A stretch of 57,071 nucleotides of DNA, filler included, from Squatina squatina (GCA_031763465.1; 3 parts of 3 records of this genome joined end to end with filler, not necessarily neighbours in it); one strand, 5' to 3'; positions 38,041-51,591 are shown, numbered from the whole stretch's first letter. The notes: generated from the sequence alone by a model not told the origin. Numbers and translations: made by a program.

Positions 38041-38449
38041 TAATCCTTGCATTAAAGGAAGCATTGTCTTGTTTGATAATTTTCCAAGGTGTAATTTCAG
38101 GGCCTTTTTAAATGGACATTTGTTCAGGCATTTTCTCCAATAGCCAATTTATAGCCTATGTATGTAAAAATCATCTAACATCCAGACCTAGAAATTACAC
38201 TTTGGTGTACTAACATATTAATGCATCAGTCTGAAATTCCTCACTCCATTATTTTAGCAAAATGGGTTAACGGCTCCACTAAAATGGGGAAGAGAGGAAT
38301 TTCAAACAAATGGATTAAGTATTTTACGTTAGTATTCCATGGTGAAATTTCAAGGCCCTTGTATTCAAAGACCCTTAATCGCAGCAACATTGAGTGTGTG
38401 ATGGTATTTATACAATCTTGTAGAAATTCACGCCAGTTTCCTTCTCGCA

Positions 38450-38897
38450 TCTGGAGTGCTGTGTTCAGTTCAGGAAGGATATACTAGTCTGAGAGGAGAT
38501 GTAGCACAGATTCACCAGAATGATACTTGGGCTAAAAGGGTTAAATTATGGAGGACAGGTTGCATACACTAGGCCTGTATTCCATTGAATATGGAAGATT
38601 AAAGGGTGATCTAATTGAGGTGTTTATGATGATTAAAGTATTTGATAGTGTAGATAGAGGAGAAACTATTTCTTCTGGTGGGGAGTCCAGAACAAACATA
38701 GAAAATAGGAGCAGGAGTAGGCCATTCGAGCCTGCTCCGCCATTCAATATGATTATGGCTGATCATCCAAATTCAGTCCCCTGTTCCTGCTTTCTCCCCA
38801 TATCCCTTGATCTCTTGAGCCCTAAGAACTATATCTAACTGCTTCCTGAATATATTTAATGATTTGGCCTCCACTGCCATCTGTGGTAGAGAATTCC
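38450..38897. mobile_element. CR1 fragment (+) interrupted by a CR1/SINE-type 3' tail (-)
   Basis: EDRLHTLGLYSIEYGRLKGDLIEVF on +. From about 38692 the aacatagaaaataggagcaggagtaggccattcg tail is in the opposite orientation. Confidence 0.8.
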
Positions 38898-39074
38898 NNN
38901 NNNNNNNNNNNNNNNNNNNNNNNNNNNNNNNNNNNNNNNNNNNNNNNNNNNNNNNNNNNNNNNNNNNNNNNNNNNNNNNNNNNNNNNNNNNNNNNNNAGA
39001 GTGAGGCCAGTGGGGCAATAAATGCTGGTCTTGCCAGTAACACCCACAGCCCATGAAGGAATAAAAGGAAATAA

Positions 39075-39450
39075 TTATTGTTGGAGGTGGTCCAGACGTG
39101 TTGATGGATAGTTGAGCCAATAATGCTCAAGTCTGTGCCTCTTGGACTTGATGGAGTGAAGATGAGGGCCATACAGAGGGATGGGAGAGATGGGGACAAA
39201 GGTTGAGCTCAGAAAGTGGGTGAACAACTCAACAGCTGTAGAAGTATCATTGTGAATAGAAAGCCAAAGGCTAGTCAGTTGGGACTTTGAAAGCGTAGTT
39301 GTAAATGACTTGGGGGAAGAGTTCTTTCTAAGATTGACGCAGAATGAAGTGGAGTTAAAAGAGGGGAGAGGGATGTGGGTGATGAAGGTTACAATGAGGT
39401 GGTTGGAGATGGTCTTGTCACTGATCAAGACCCTGGGAGTAGAGAGGCCA
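39075..39450 (-). mobile_element. Degenerate LINE (L2-like) ORF2 fragment
   Basis: ISDKTISNHLIVTF resembles the SDH motif at the end of the APE endonuclease, followed by linker sequence. Confidence 0.5.
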
Positions 39451-39555
39451 TGGGAAATGGAACAAAAACTGTATTTCTTATTATACCATCAACTCTTTCT
39501 TTTAATGACTTTAGGCTAAATTCTAACAATTACGTTTTCTATTTGCTCCCAACAG

Positions 39556-39710
39556 CTTGGCCAGTGAAACAAGTTACAAACACCAAGCCACTGAAGGTGC
39601 GGCCAACATTTAGCCGATACTCCGTGCTTAATGGTCAAGGGTTGTTGCTGGACCCAGGCACCCAATATACAGCATCATACCCCGGCCTAGTAGAAAGTGA
39701 TGAACTGTGA
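39556..39710 (+). CDS. MYOT: Myotilin terminal coding exon (WPVKQVTNTKPLKVRPTFSRYSVLNGQGLLLDPGTQYTASYPGLVESDEL*)
   Basis: ctcccaacag|CT TGG..., phase 1. Matches human KQLRVRPTFSKYLALNGKGL...GLYESEEL and ends in the E[ST][DE][DE]L PDZ-binding motif of the myotilin/palladin/FATZ group. The C-terminal Ig exons are not visible and presumably lie in gaps. Confidence 0.93.
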
Positions 39711-40000
39711 TGTAACTGCACTTCAACTCAATAGATAATGTTAGCTTTTCAGCTCATGGAATGTAGTATGTTTTACCTGCACCTTACTGTATACAAAACA
39801 ATTCGTTTTGTATATAAATTTACATTTAGTTGTAAAAATGCAAGAATGCTACTGTATACATACTAAAGAGTTGCACGTTAAGGCTTATTAATTTATGTAC
39901 ATACACTTATGATGTGCATCATAGCACAGAACAATAAACTTGCTACATGGTACGTAATCAGTTGAGATGGATAAGAAAATAAAAATATGAAAATAAATAA
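39711..40000 (+). other. MYOT: Myotilin 3' UTR with candidate AATAAA polyadenylation signals
   Basis: AT-rich sequence after the stop, with AATAAA at about 39933, 39978 and 39992. Cleavage site not determinable. Confidence 0.5.
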
Positions 40001-41059
40001 GCAGAATAATATGTGTTAAACTGATTTTATGGTGTTCTGCCTTGTGTAAGTGTGGCTGTGCTACTGGATTTGAGTAAAAAGTAAAACTCTTTATTGTTTG
40101 CAAGTTATTTTAAATAGCTGTATGCACGTAGAGTTCTAACTCCAAAGAACTTTGCATTAAAACTGTTGTGGCAGTCTGGGGCTTGTACATGTGAGTTTGC
40201 AGCAAATAACATTTCCAGGTTGGGTGGGCATTAACTTTGTGAAATACTGTAAGCTGAAAGTGTGGAGCAGTAACCTGCCACTGATGGATGAAGCCACGTT
40301 TGATCGGTGCTTTACTATGCGAAAAGCTATGATTACACTTTTTATAGTTTTTGACATCTATGACTAGCGTAAAAGCTCCACTTACCTGAGTAAAAGCATT
40401 TTTCTAGCAATTCAGGCACTCAGGTCTGAAAGGAACAGGCTCAATACAGCCCTACGTTCACAGAAATTGGTCTTCACACAAAAATGATACTCTGCATGTT
40501 ATTAAAAGGACACAGCAATGTGGAAATAACTTCAGTACAAGAATGACATCTTATACATTGATTTGCTGGTCTTCCATCCCAGCATAGAATCTATGCATTC
40601 ATAGACAATGCCAATTTTGTTGATGAGCATCATCCTATCTGCCCTAAAAATAGCATTTCTATCAATTGTGAAGGGGAAATGATCCATTGAACAGCCTTTT
40701 CAGTCCCACCCTTTAGATAATACAAACACTTCAATTAGTGAAGTGACTGCTCGTAATAACTAAACATTTTTGTTAAAAACTGGTTANNNNNNNNNNNNNN
40801 NNNNNNNNNNNNNNNNNNNNNNNNNNNNNNNNNNNNNNNNNNNNNNNNNNNNNNNNNNNNNNNNNNNNNNNNNNNNNNNNNNNNNNATCAGGTCTTCCAC
40901 ATGAGGAGTGCACTGGATATGGTACTGCTCTGTACTGTACATCTTCCCTCACTAAATGAATAATCTTGTTCTGTAGATGTTAAGTTCTTTGTCTGAAACC
41001 TGCAGTTCAAAGGTTTCTGTTCATAAGTGAGGGAGAACTAAGTCAGAGAATGATAATTG

Positions 41060-41770
41060 CATAGATTACATAGAATATACAGCACAGAAACAAGCCAGTT
41101 AGCCCAACTGGTCCATGCCGGTGTTTATGCTCCTCACTAGCCTCCTCATCTCCTACTTCATCTAACCCCATCAACATGTCCTTTTATTTCTTACTCCCTC
41201 ATGTGTTTATCTAGCTTCCCACTAAATGCATCTATACTATTCGCCTCAACTACTCCTGGCGAATTCCACATTCTAATCATGCTGTGGATAAAGACTTTGC
41301 ACCTGAATTCCATATTGAATTACTCATGACTATTTTATATCTCTCACCTCTAGTTTTGGTCTCCCCCACTTGTCGAAACATCTTTGCTACGTCTACCCTA
41401 TCAAACCATTTCATAATATTAAAGACCTCTAGCATGCTATAGAAAAGAGCCCCAGCCTGTTCAATGTTTCTTGAGAGGTATAACCTCTCCGTTCTGGTAC
41501 CAGCCTTGTAAACCTTTTTGCACCTTCTCCAGTGCCCCCATAACCTTTTTATAAGATGGAGACCAAAACTGTGCACAGTACTCTAAGTGCGACCTGACCA
41601 GGGTCCTATACAAGTTTAACATAACTTCACTACTTTGGAACTCTATACCCCCAGAAATAAATCCCAGTGCTTTGTTAGCGCTTTAATTGCTTTGCTAACC
41701 TGTGATGCTGATTTTAATGATTTGTTCACCTGTATCCCTAGATCCCTTTGCGCTTCCACCTCATTCATTT
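41060..41770 (-). mobile_element. CR1 LINE 3' end
   Basis: Minus remnants MLEVFNIMKWFDRVDVAKMF..VGETKTRG.RYKI plus the 3' UTR tail also seen at 28180-28460. Confidence 0.85.
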
Positions 41771-42006
41771 CTTATTTTCTAAGGTGTAGGTGATGTTTTT
41801 GTTTTTCCTACAAAATAAGATGACCAGATATTAAAACTGAAAATCGGGACAAAACTTAACTTCTAGTTAGTTCTTCGGCGAGACTGTGCATGTGCAGTTG
41901 AGTGAGCATTTGGAACATTTTCAAACAATTGTCGAGACATCGGGACATTTTGTAAAAGTCCAGGACTGTCCCGACAAAACCGGGGAGTCTGGTAACCCTA
42001 CTACCA

Positions 42007-42037
<31 letters not shown>

Positions 42038-42219
42038 ANNNNNNNNNNNNNNNNNNNNNNNNNNNNNNNNNNNNNNNNNNNNNNNNNNNNNNNNNNNNNN
42101 NNNNNNNNNNNNNNNNNNNNNNNNNNNNNNNNNNNNNNCTGAGATGTGATGCTGCTTTTAATGATTTGTTCACCTGCATCCCTAGATCCCTTTGCTCTTC
42201 AACACCATTTAGTTTCTTA

Positions 42220-42783
42220 GGCCTAGAAATTGCAAAGGCTCATTTACATGATTACAGCGATGCTAATCACACTGATGATTGGCTTAACGCTGAACAGGGG
42301 GGGCCAATATCGCGTGCAGTCTCCTGGCCAATGAAGTTTGGCCGAGGCTCTCTACACTATTTAAAAAGGAGGTGCTTTATTGCAGAAGCACCTCATTGTC
42401 AGTCTGAACATAGCCATGGTCCAAATGCGGCACTGGAGGCCTTGGTCCTGGGGATCCAGAGACACCGAGAGAATCATTCCCGAAAAGGTGCGTGGTCCCT
42501 CACAGCCCAGGATGGGCTTTTTCAATGCGCGAAACCGTGAAGGGGCTGTGGACACAAAAAGATTAGGGGAAACATAGGCCCTGAGGTCCTCTACCTGCAG
42601 GGAGGCCTTCAAGGACTGTACACAAGGAGGATCTGGGAGGAAATTGCTCAAGACATTACTGCAACGAATGTTGTCCCCAGGATCTGGATCCAGTGCCACA
42701 AAAAGTTTAATGACCTCACAAGAGTGGTCAAGGTGAGTGAATGCATCAAATGCTGTATCCCGCCCTCTGCACCACAAGTCTCA
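42220..42783 (+). mobile_element. Harbinger-type element 5' part with decayed Myb/SANT-like exon
   Basis: Starts GGCCTAGAAATT. Remnants NAALEALV and IWEEIAQDITATNVVPRIWIQCHKKFNDLTRVVK|gtgagt. Confidence 0.72.
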
Positions 42784-43651
42784 NNNNNNNNNNNNNNNNN
42801 NNNNNNNNNNNNNNNNNNNNNNNNNNNNNNNNNNNNNNNNNNNNNNNNNNNNNNNNNNNNNNNNNNNNNNNNNNNNNNNNNNNTCAGCTCCCCTACAGCC
42901 GCTGCCACCTACTTCTGACTTAGGAGAGAGACCAACTGAATCAAAGTAACCCGGGTAGTGTACCTGATCTTGCTCTTATTGTAGGTTTGGAGGCAACCAG
43001 CTTCCAGAGCTACTTGCCCAGGAAACTGACAGCACTATATCCCTTAAAAAATTTCAGGTAGCTGTAGTACATAAATTCTGCTTGACCTGTGTGTCATTCA
43101 TTAAGCACATATTTTAACTTAATTAAATCTTACAAATGACTTTAGAGCTGGAGGCCAACTGAACAGACTCGTCCTTGGAGACCTGGTCCTGGAGGTTTGC
43201 TAACTTCAGAATCTCACTCTCTTTGTTAAGGTGAAGGCTATGATTTGGCCCCTCACAAATGCTTTGAAGACATGTCACTTTTCTTAGTATGGAGTAACAG
43301 TTTAAATATTATCAGATACTAGAGGCAGTTCACGTGAGACAATGAGGGTAACAAGTACAGTGATATCTCAGATATCTCCAGGAACATTGATAGAACAATA
43401 TTGAATGTTTCCCATCGGACTGGCATGTTCACAGAAAATCTTCCTAAAACCGATAGGAAATTTATAGAAATGAAGCAAATACGAACTGATGGCATCAGTA
43501 AATCTGATATTATGTTGCAACCCATGACATCCTAATCAATCAAGTATTATAGCCTTGTCATATGCTGCAAGTTATCCTCTAGGTTGACAGTGCAATTATA
43601 TTTCTGATTTGTTAATTTATGTCTTTTTCTCCCCTTTGTAAATATCAACAG

Positions 43652-43876
43652 ATGGGAATACAATATTCCTAATACTGAGTTCGAGCTGTGGCACCGGGGT
43701 AGACTTGGTACATACAGCAATGGTGGTTACATTTTCGAGTTGGACAGAAATAAAGATACCAGTGCTGAGAAGATTAAACGGCTTAAATCAAAACTTTGGC
43801 TTGATAGTGGGAGTAGAGCTGTCTTAATAGACTTTACCGTCTACAATGCAAATGTTAACTTGTTTTGTGCCATCAG
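43652..43876 (+). CDS. PKD2L2: Polycystin-2-like 2 (TRPP5) extracellular polycystin/TOP-domain exon
   Basis: caacag|A TGG GAA TAC ... GCC ATC AG|gtttgt. 225 nt, phase 2 to 2. WEYNIPNTEFELWHRGRLGTYSNGGYIFELDRNKDTSAEKIKRLKSKLWLDSGSRAVLIDFTVYNANVNLFCAIR carries the PKD2-family motif IDF..YNANVNLFC. Its position between MYOT and FAM13B supports PKD2L2. Not in the ORF track. Confidence 0.92.
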
Positions 43877-45569
43877 GTTTGTGAAAACATTTTGAATATT
43901 TTAATTATGGTTCAAATCAAATTTCCACAGTTCAATGTACATTTACGTCACATTGAAATCCAACACTGTATATGTGCATCATTAAACTCACACATGTGCA
44001 ATTCATCTGTAGCCACTTTTTATTGTCCCATTGATGATTTTGTGGATATAGCACCAAATAAAGACAATTGTTTGCAAATCCCATTTAATTAATTAAATGT
44101 ACGCTTCATACATTTGTATGGTTCCAGTGAGATAGCAGTGTTTGAATTAGATATCTTGAAAACTGACTTTGCAAAACATTGTCAAAAATGTGGAATAAAA
44201 CCAGATCACTCCAATTATAAAAAGGTCATTGCTGGAATGGCGATAATGTGCTTGTCATCTAACCAAGAAAATCTTCAATGAAGATTTTATTTGCACTTTA
44301 TTCTGCTCCAAACTGTATTAGAGAAAATTCTGGTTATTTTGTAGAAGAATTTGAGGTCAGCATGTTGTGTTGTGACCAAAAGCAACAAGTTTATAGGATT
44401 TTCATTTCCATTGAGTGATTTGGCTTTATTCCCTAATTGCATTCCCTTTCCCTTTTTAAAATAATCATCGGATCAGCAAAAGCCCCTAATGTTCGATTAG
44501 TTGTAACTCTGATTCTCAACTTCCCCGTCAGTTGGCATTGTAGCCTTTTCACAGGGAACAACATCTTCAAATTTGGCATGGTTACAAAAAAATATGAAAT
44601 TTGTTACCAATGTAAACTATTGCCATCAAACATTTTCTTGAGACCCCTCCTTTTTGATTAATATAAAACTTGGGTCCAAAGCTGCAGTTTTATTGCTGCA
44701 AATATTTATCTGCTGCCAAATTTCAGAAAATGTCATGTTTGTAGATCTGTTGATCCTTTGTAAATTGAGGGACTTTCTTAGCATATGAAAAGTATGCCTC
44801 TAATTTCAATGGAAGTGGTGTAGTTTGATTTCATCTATCATTTTGGACACTCAGTTACGAACATCCTTGGGTCAGAGTTGTACCAAAAAATTGCTTGGTT
44901 AGAATTTCTGCAATCTGCTCTCCATCTCCAAGTAGCTGACTATTAACTTTAGGATTGGCAATCTTCCTGGTTGTGTTTCTTGTATCTCTTTTTGGAGATA
45001 GAGTTTGTGGAAGTTGTATGACAAAGATGATTTCCATTATTATTTATAGTATCCTCTTTCCCTTCTCATTTTGCTATCATGTATAATTTTGTTTCTCGTG
45101 TTATGTTTTGTTTTGCTTTGCTTTTTCATTAATTATCCCTTGCCTTATTTCTTTCCCACATTCTCTTTCTTGGCAGTGGGGAAATTGGGAAAATAAATTT
45201 CCAAATACTCAGCCAGTGATTTATTTCACTAACCAGAATTGCCAAGGAAGTATTTGGTTATCAAAATAAAATATTTATTCAAGGAATTGTAACAGAATTT
45301 TGAATACAAACCTAGAAAATAGGAGCAGGAGTAGGCTATTTGGCCCTTCGAGCCNNNNNNNNNNNNNNNNNNNNNNNNNNNNNNNNNNNNNNNNNNNNNN
45401 NNNNNNNNNNNNNNNNNNNNNNNNNNNNNNNNNNNNNNNNNNNNNNNNNNNNNNTACACCAATTTTAGGTGTTACACAAGGTTTGCTAATATGTGCTGTG
45501 TTTGAATGTACTGCTATGGTGAGAGTCTGTTATCCAATAAACTGTTAATTCATTCAAGTAAATACCAGA

Positions 45570-47588
45570 CTAATATGGGAAACACTTTATTAACATAAAT
45601 GACACAGCAAATATATTAGGAAAACTAATTGATATATTAAACTTCCAAAATAAATAATCTACATGTAACATGCACTGTGGTAAATCCTACAGTTCACCAT
45701 AACGTGAAACCACTTTCTTTAAAGTCCCAGGTTGGCAAAAATGATGGCACATTAAGGAGCTCTTGCCATGCAGTTAAGTTACATGAAATTTGTTTATACC
45801 AAGCAAAAAACTGCTTCAAACATCTAACACGCAATGTATTCCACAGTTCAAATTTATAATTTTATTGCTCTTATGATTGTTTTCTAAATTTTGAAGCAAT
45901 TTCAATATGTGGATCAAGCAAGTTATCACTATGTAAGAGTGAATAAGACTGGTTAAAAATTTGAACACATCAAAATATACAGATAAATACAGGTTTTTAA
46001 AAAAAGATTGAAACAGAAGTGTAGAAATGATACATCACTATAAAATGTACCACCATACAGCTATATATGCACACAAGAAAACACCTGAAAGTGCTGAGAC
46101 CATGCATTTATTAAAGTCTTCATACTGTAATGCAGTAATATTGTAACTTTCAACAATGAAGTGTCAACATACTACGGTGCCTAACAATTTTGCTGCATTG
46201 TTTTGTTACACAAAAAACACATCCCAATAATGTACAAAAATGTACACATTCTATCTCTTTCAATGCATATTTCTAATTAAGATGCACCACTGTACTCAAT
46301 TTTAACAAATCTCTGCTTTCAATACAGGGTCCTTGTGCTGTTTACATTCAAAGGTTTTGCAAGTACTACTTATTAAAACCATGCAAAATCAAAGGTTGCT
46401 GCTTAAATTACACATATACAGTAGGTGCATGCAATGATCTCAGTTACAAATAGTATTATAAAGCAACACCCATCTTATTTCATCAAATGACAAGGATACT
46501 CAAAAACAGTTTTCATATGGTTTCCAAAAGCGTTTCTTTAAAAAAAACACAAGATCACTGCATAATAAATCTAATACCTCATACTGCAATTGAGCAGTCT
46601 TCAGCAGTAAAAAGTGGCACAAGATAAGAAGTTATACTGAAAGCAGGTACTTTGCATTAAAACACATTCATAAATCAAACTCTGCCAAATCTTTCACTTA
46701 GCAGAAAAAAATCTCAAAATGTTTCACCTTTCGGACCTACACTTGCATCTTGCAAGGGCTTTTGTTGGCAGTTGGCCCTCTCAATTTCTGCCCTTATATG
46801 CTCAAGTCTCGGTGGGCTGATTGAACCCACATACATTCTAACACAGGAGCAAAGGTGCTGTCAAGAGAGCTAAGAAAACGAAAATGAAAAAGCAGCACAG
46901 AAACCCATATGCAAGATGCGCACACATTGTTGGCACAGAACAAAGTGTGTTTTTAAAATTTGAATTTTTTTTTCTAGCTTCTTAACTCAGCCATATAAAA
47001 AAGTCATGTTCAATAGAGAATCTGTTACTATCACTTGAATGGCAGCCAGAACAGAAATAGGAGGGCAGCAGGTGTTGATGACAACCATGTTTTCTCCTTC
47101 CCATGGTAGAACTGGAGTGGTTTTACCAAGAAGAAACTATGTTTAGAGCCACATTCCAATGCATGATAATGCATGAGGTTAAATCTCTGGCTCATATGGG
47201 GGTGAGAACCTTTTACATACTTTATATACTTTGGTGGAACTTCAAATGATTTATGACTTACCTACACAGCCCAGCAGAATTTGTTCTAATTTTTATTGTG
47301 CATAATTTTTTTTGTAAATTGGAGCAGTAACATCTAAAACTGGATGTAATAAGAACCTCTATCGCAGAATTTGTCCTTTAAATACTCCATGTGTATGTAN
47401 NNNNNNNNNNNNNNNNNNNNNNNNNNNNNNNNNNNNNNNNNNNNNNNNNNNNNNNNNNNNNNNNNNNNNNNNNNNNNNNNNNNNNNNNNNNNNNNNNNNT
47501 TACAAAAGAGGTAAGCACCAGCTCCAGAAGATAAAGTGTTCAACACATTGCTCATGATAATGATAGTACTGATCAACATCAAACCAAC
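45570..47588 (-). other. FAM13B: Probable FAM13B 3' UTR (long, AT-rich, largely repeat-free)
   Basis: Follows the stop at 47589. A minus-strand AATAAA reads TTTATT at about 45586-45591. The 3' end is inferred, and one gap lies inside. Confidence 0.5.
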
Positions 47589-47712
47589 TTAAATTGATTT
47601 TGCAGAATCTTGCTTGCTAATAAGAACTTCCAAAAGCCTGACTCTGGCTTTTATGCGTTTATATTCTCTGTAGTCTTCAATCATTGCCGCACGATCTTCT
47701 TTCTGTACATTC
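47589..47712 (-). CDS. FAM13B: FAM13B terminal coding exon ([40 protein letters not shown])
   Basis: ttctag|G AAT GTA ... ATT TAA. Matches the human FAM13B end [28 protein letters not shown]. Confidence 0.95.
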
Positions 47713-48289
47713 CTAGAACATTTAACCAAGTGAGATTCAATTGTAATTTGGGAAAAACTGTATGCCAATTTTAATTTCCAGTTCTAATTAATTAAGCTAA
47801 TATACATGTACAAAAAGTGAACTAGATTACAATTAAATTAGTGTAAGTTATAAAATCTGCATAATGAAAAACAAGTTTGTTCTGTATAAAAACTAAAAGG
47901 TATTATATCCATGTGACTAGTCTAAGTTTATACTGCAGTCAAGAGAGTTAACGCATGCTGCAAATTAATGTGCTAGATGGTCATTTAATATGGTAACCTA
48001 CATATGTTGGAGACCAATTGGACNNNNNNNNNNNNNNNNNNNNNNNNNNNNNNNNNNNNNNNNNNNNNNNNNNNNNNNNNNNNNNNNNNNNNNNNNNNNN
48101 NNNNNNNNNNNNNNNNNNNNNNNAAGCCCACCTCTTTGACCCAGCTTTGGGTCACATGCCCTAATGTCTCCTCCTTTAGCTGATTATACTGCTGTGAATT
48201 GCCTTGGGACGTTTTACTGCATTAAAGGCACTGTATAAATGCAAGTTATTGTTGTAATTTTATTACTTTGAGGGAAGCTTCACACTTAC

Positions 48290-48385
48290 AATAACTGGTG
48301 TTGCGTTTGCTTTGGCCAGCATCTGTTTCACAAGTCGGTATCTATCATATAAAGGCTTCACTAGCTGCTTCTCTTCCCTAGTAAC
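48290..48385 (-). CDS. FAM13B: FAM13B exon ([32 protein letters not shown])
   Basis: tttccag|GTTACT...GTTATT|gtaagt. 96 nt, phase 0 to 0. Carries the FAM13 motif [12 protein letters not shown]. Confidence 0.95.
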
Positions 48386-49185
48386 CTGGAAAATTAGATA
48401 GGCCTCATTAAATATTGAACAGTCAGCAGAACAGCAAACTGGTCAGTACATTAAAATATACTCTTACAGGATAATTAATGACAGGACTGTTCCCATAAAT
48501 GGCCTTACTGTCTCACAATATCTATATTAAACAAGCAGTCAATGCACTGAATATTCAATCATTGCACTAATTTTACTCAAAAATAATACAGAATGTTAAT
48601 TTTATTTATGCGTTATTTCATTGCTCCACACAACTTAATTGATTCCAGGGAATACAATCAACACTACGGTCTAATCCCAGGTTTCAGTTTNNNNNNNNNN
48701 NNNNNNNNNNNNNNNNNNNNNNNNNNNNNNNNNNNNNNNNNNNNNNNNNNNNNNNNNNNNNNNNNNNNNNNNNNNNNNNNNNNNNNNNNNGACACTGAGG
48801 CCAATTTCAGCACCCTATTGCCAGGGTGACCAGGATCTACAAACTCAGCCTTGATTGGGATCAGACCTGGCATGTTCCCAATTTGTATGGCTCAATTATT
48901 CATTACTTTTATAAGTTGAGCCATCAAGAAAGCAGAACTACTGGTTTCTATGTGTACAATCCACTGCTGCAATTGTTATATTAAAAGATGTAGATAATAG
49001 GCAGCTCACCAGTTTTCAAAGGGTTAAAAATTAGTTTTCTCTTAGCTTCCAATTCCCATGATTTTTTTTTTTTAAAAACAAGCCAAATCAATAAGATTTC
49101 CTTTCACATGCAACCTGAAGCTTTTATTCTTGATATTTCTAAATGCTGGTTGACTGAATGCAGATCGATGGCAAAGCATACTTAC

Positions 49186-49251
49186 CATCCCCATCTCTTT
49201 GAAGATGCATTGTTTTGAAATCAATGAAGGGAAAAGTGATTGTACATGGCG
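49186..49251 (-). CDS. FAM13B: FAM13B 66-nt symmetric exon (APCTITFPFIDFKTMHLQRDGD)
   Basis: ttctattag|CGCCATGT...GGGGATG|gtaagt, phase 1 to 1. Resembles human ASCPITFPLIDFKTMHLQRDGE as I recall it. Confidence 0.85.
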
Positions 49252-49654
49252 CTAATAGAATGAAAAAATGGCAAAAATACCAGTGTGAGCAGCAAGCAGT
49301 CACAGACACCCCATAAACACAAGTAAAACAGAAACACAATTAATACTAATTCACTACCCAAGACATAAACAGCATTTGCTTTTATGGTAAACATGTAGCA
49401 CAAATTAAAATATTGAAAAGAGCATAGCAGTTTTCTGGAGATCTAGATATGAAACTACATTAATACGATTCACTCAAGATGGATTCTGACTTGCATTTGT
49501 TCAGACAACATCTGTCCTCTGGCACAATGGGCCACATGAATGTAAAATGCTGCATTATTGGTAATTATTTTTCCCTGGTTGAAAGGCACAAGGCCCTCCA
49601 AAAATGTTTCCCAGTTTCTCCCCTGGAATTGCACCTTCTGCCAAAAAACTTTGA

Positions 49655-49903
49655 GTGCAGAGATCTCGGAGCATTGTAGGGCTAGAGGAGGTTACAGAGA
49701 TAGGGAAGGGCGAGGCCACAGGGGCATTTGAAAACAAGGATGACAATTTTAAAATTGAGATGCTGCTTAACCAGGAGCTAACATAGGTCAGCGAGCAACG
49801 GAGTGTTAGGTGAGCGGGACTTGGTACGCATTAGGATATGGGCAACAGATTTTTGGATGAGCTTAAATTTAGAGGGTGCAAGGTGAGGGGTTGGCCAGGA
49901 GAG
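49655..49903 (-). mobile_element. L2-clade LINE fragment
   Basis: Near-identical to 6885-6976 (gttacagagatagggaagggcgaggcca). Minus translation KLIQKSVAHILMRTKSRSPNTPLLADL is an L2 C-terminal motif. Confidence 0.8.
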
Positions 49904-50003
49904 NNNNNNNNNNNNNNNNNNNNNNNNNNNNNNNNNNNNNNNNNNNNNNNNNNNNNNNNNNNNNNNNNNNNNNNNNNNNNNNNNNNNNNNNNNNNNNNNN
50001 NNN

Positions 50004-50140
50004 ATCTTCCAGAATTCTATCGACTCTGGAACAGTTCCCACAGATTGGAGGGTAGTGAATGTAACCCCACTATTTAAAAAGGTGGTAGAGAGAAAGCAGG
50101 GTATTATAGACCGGTAAGCCTGACATCAGTAGTGAGGAAA
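50004..50140 (+). mobile_element. CR1 RT fragment
   Basis: SGTVPTDWRVVNVTPLFKKGGREKAGYYRPVSLTSVV reading. Confidence 0.85.
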
Positions 50141-51591
50141 ACCATACACGCTGAACATTTTGTTCCTATGTTCTAATCTGGCTGGATACCAATTCAAGAA
50201 TGTCACCAGATCAAAGGATTTCCAGTGATAACTTGGTAAAGCCATACTGCCAAATGCAAACCCCAAGTCTTCAAAGGTGTATAAAGATGCAATAAGCAGA
50301 CCATAAGACAAACCTTCATGTAACTTAGCTGCTGCATTACACATTTTTTTTTATTTTTTATAAAACACCCTTATTTTCCACTTGGATCATAAATTTAATT
50401 AAATGTTGCTTCACTTTATTAAAATAGCATGCTAAAACTCAATTCATTTCCTAGTCCAAGCAATGCCCACATTACCATGATTCAATTTAATCTAAAACGG
50501 ATAGTACTTTTAAATGAATAGTAATAAAGCAAAAAGCCCATTCTACGCTAAGAATACTTAGTCATAAGATATCTAATTTTCAACTGTATTCATTTTAAGA
50601 ATACACTTCTCTTCTGCCTCAACCAAGTTAGCCCTGTGCTCAGTTGGTCATAGCCCTCAACCACTGTTACAGAATGGACAAACTGTTCTCCTTTCTCATG
50701 CAGACGATGTACGTAGCTTAAAAAAAAAATCTTACTGGTAAACAGTTGGCAAGGCAACATAAATAGCATTGGTATCTTTAATAGTCCTATCAGAATAGCA
50801 CATTATAATTGCAATTCCCAGTAAAGTCCAAACTCAAGTATGCCTTTGCAGCTCAGCAAGTGAAATCAGATGTTTGAAATGGTGTCCAATGTCTGCACAA
50901 GCTAAAACTGAAATAAAAAACTTAAAAGTTATACATATTCAGAAATTACACAAGTGATTTCGTAAAGCCTACATTTTCTGTGTCAAATAAGCAGTTTTTT
51001 TTTAAACCCACATTAAGAGGACATTAAATCTTATGCTATAATAAAAGTTAATTCCTCAACCAAACTGAAGAATTTTGCTTCATTTTCTGTCTTTCAAAAT
51101 CAAGTATAAAATTCAATTATATTTCATTGATATTACCTATTACAGAGCTACTCCAATTGAAGGAAATTCATAACATAACCCAATTCCTGGTGCGAGAACC
51201 TTTAACCAGTTTATACTGCAGGTTGATGCAGCAACACATGTACAACTATTGTGTATACCTAAGAACACAAATTCTGGGTATGAACCATTGCATGTTAGAA
51301 CAAAGTTTACACAGGTCAGCAAAGTAGACATAGTAATTCTGGGCCTGTGCTCTCAGTCTGCCCATAGCCAGAATAAAATAACAGCCTTTCACCTTTGGTG
51401 TTAGCAGCACTTTGCCTCCAGAGACAGTAAATCACCTACGGTTGATCTTTGCCTCTGGAGACATATACATTGTTATATTGAGCTGCTGTTTCTGAAGGCA
51501 GGGTGTTGACAATATGAATAGGGTATTTAATGTGATCTCAAACTTCAGATCCTTTCTACTCATTTCATCAGATATATATTGTTTTACTTAC

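Noticed and set aside
30798-39710. Calling this gene palladin or myopalladin because of the N-terminal Ig exon
   Set aside because: FNYERP, KVRPTFSRY and the PKD2L2/FAM13B neighbours all fit myotilin better.
44437-44661. ORF containing RLVV...NFP..SW, superficially like the next PKD2L2 exon
   Set aside because: Lacks the conserved EFPATGG motif and a matching phase-2 acceptor.
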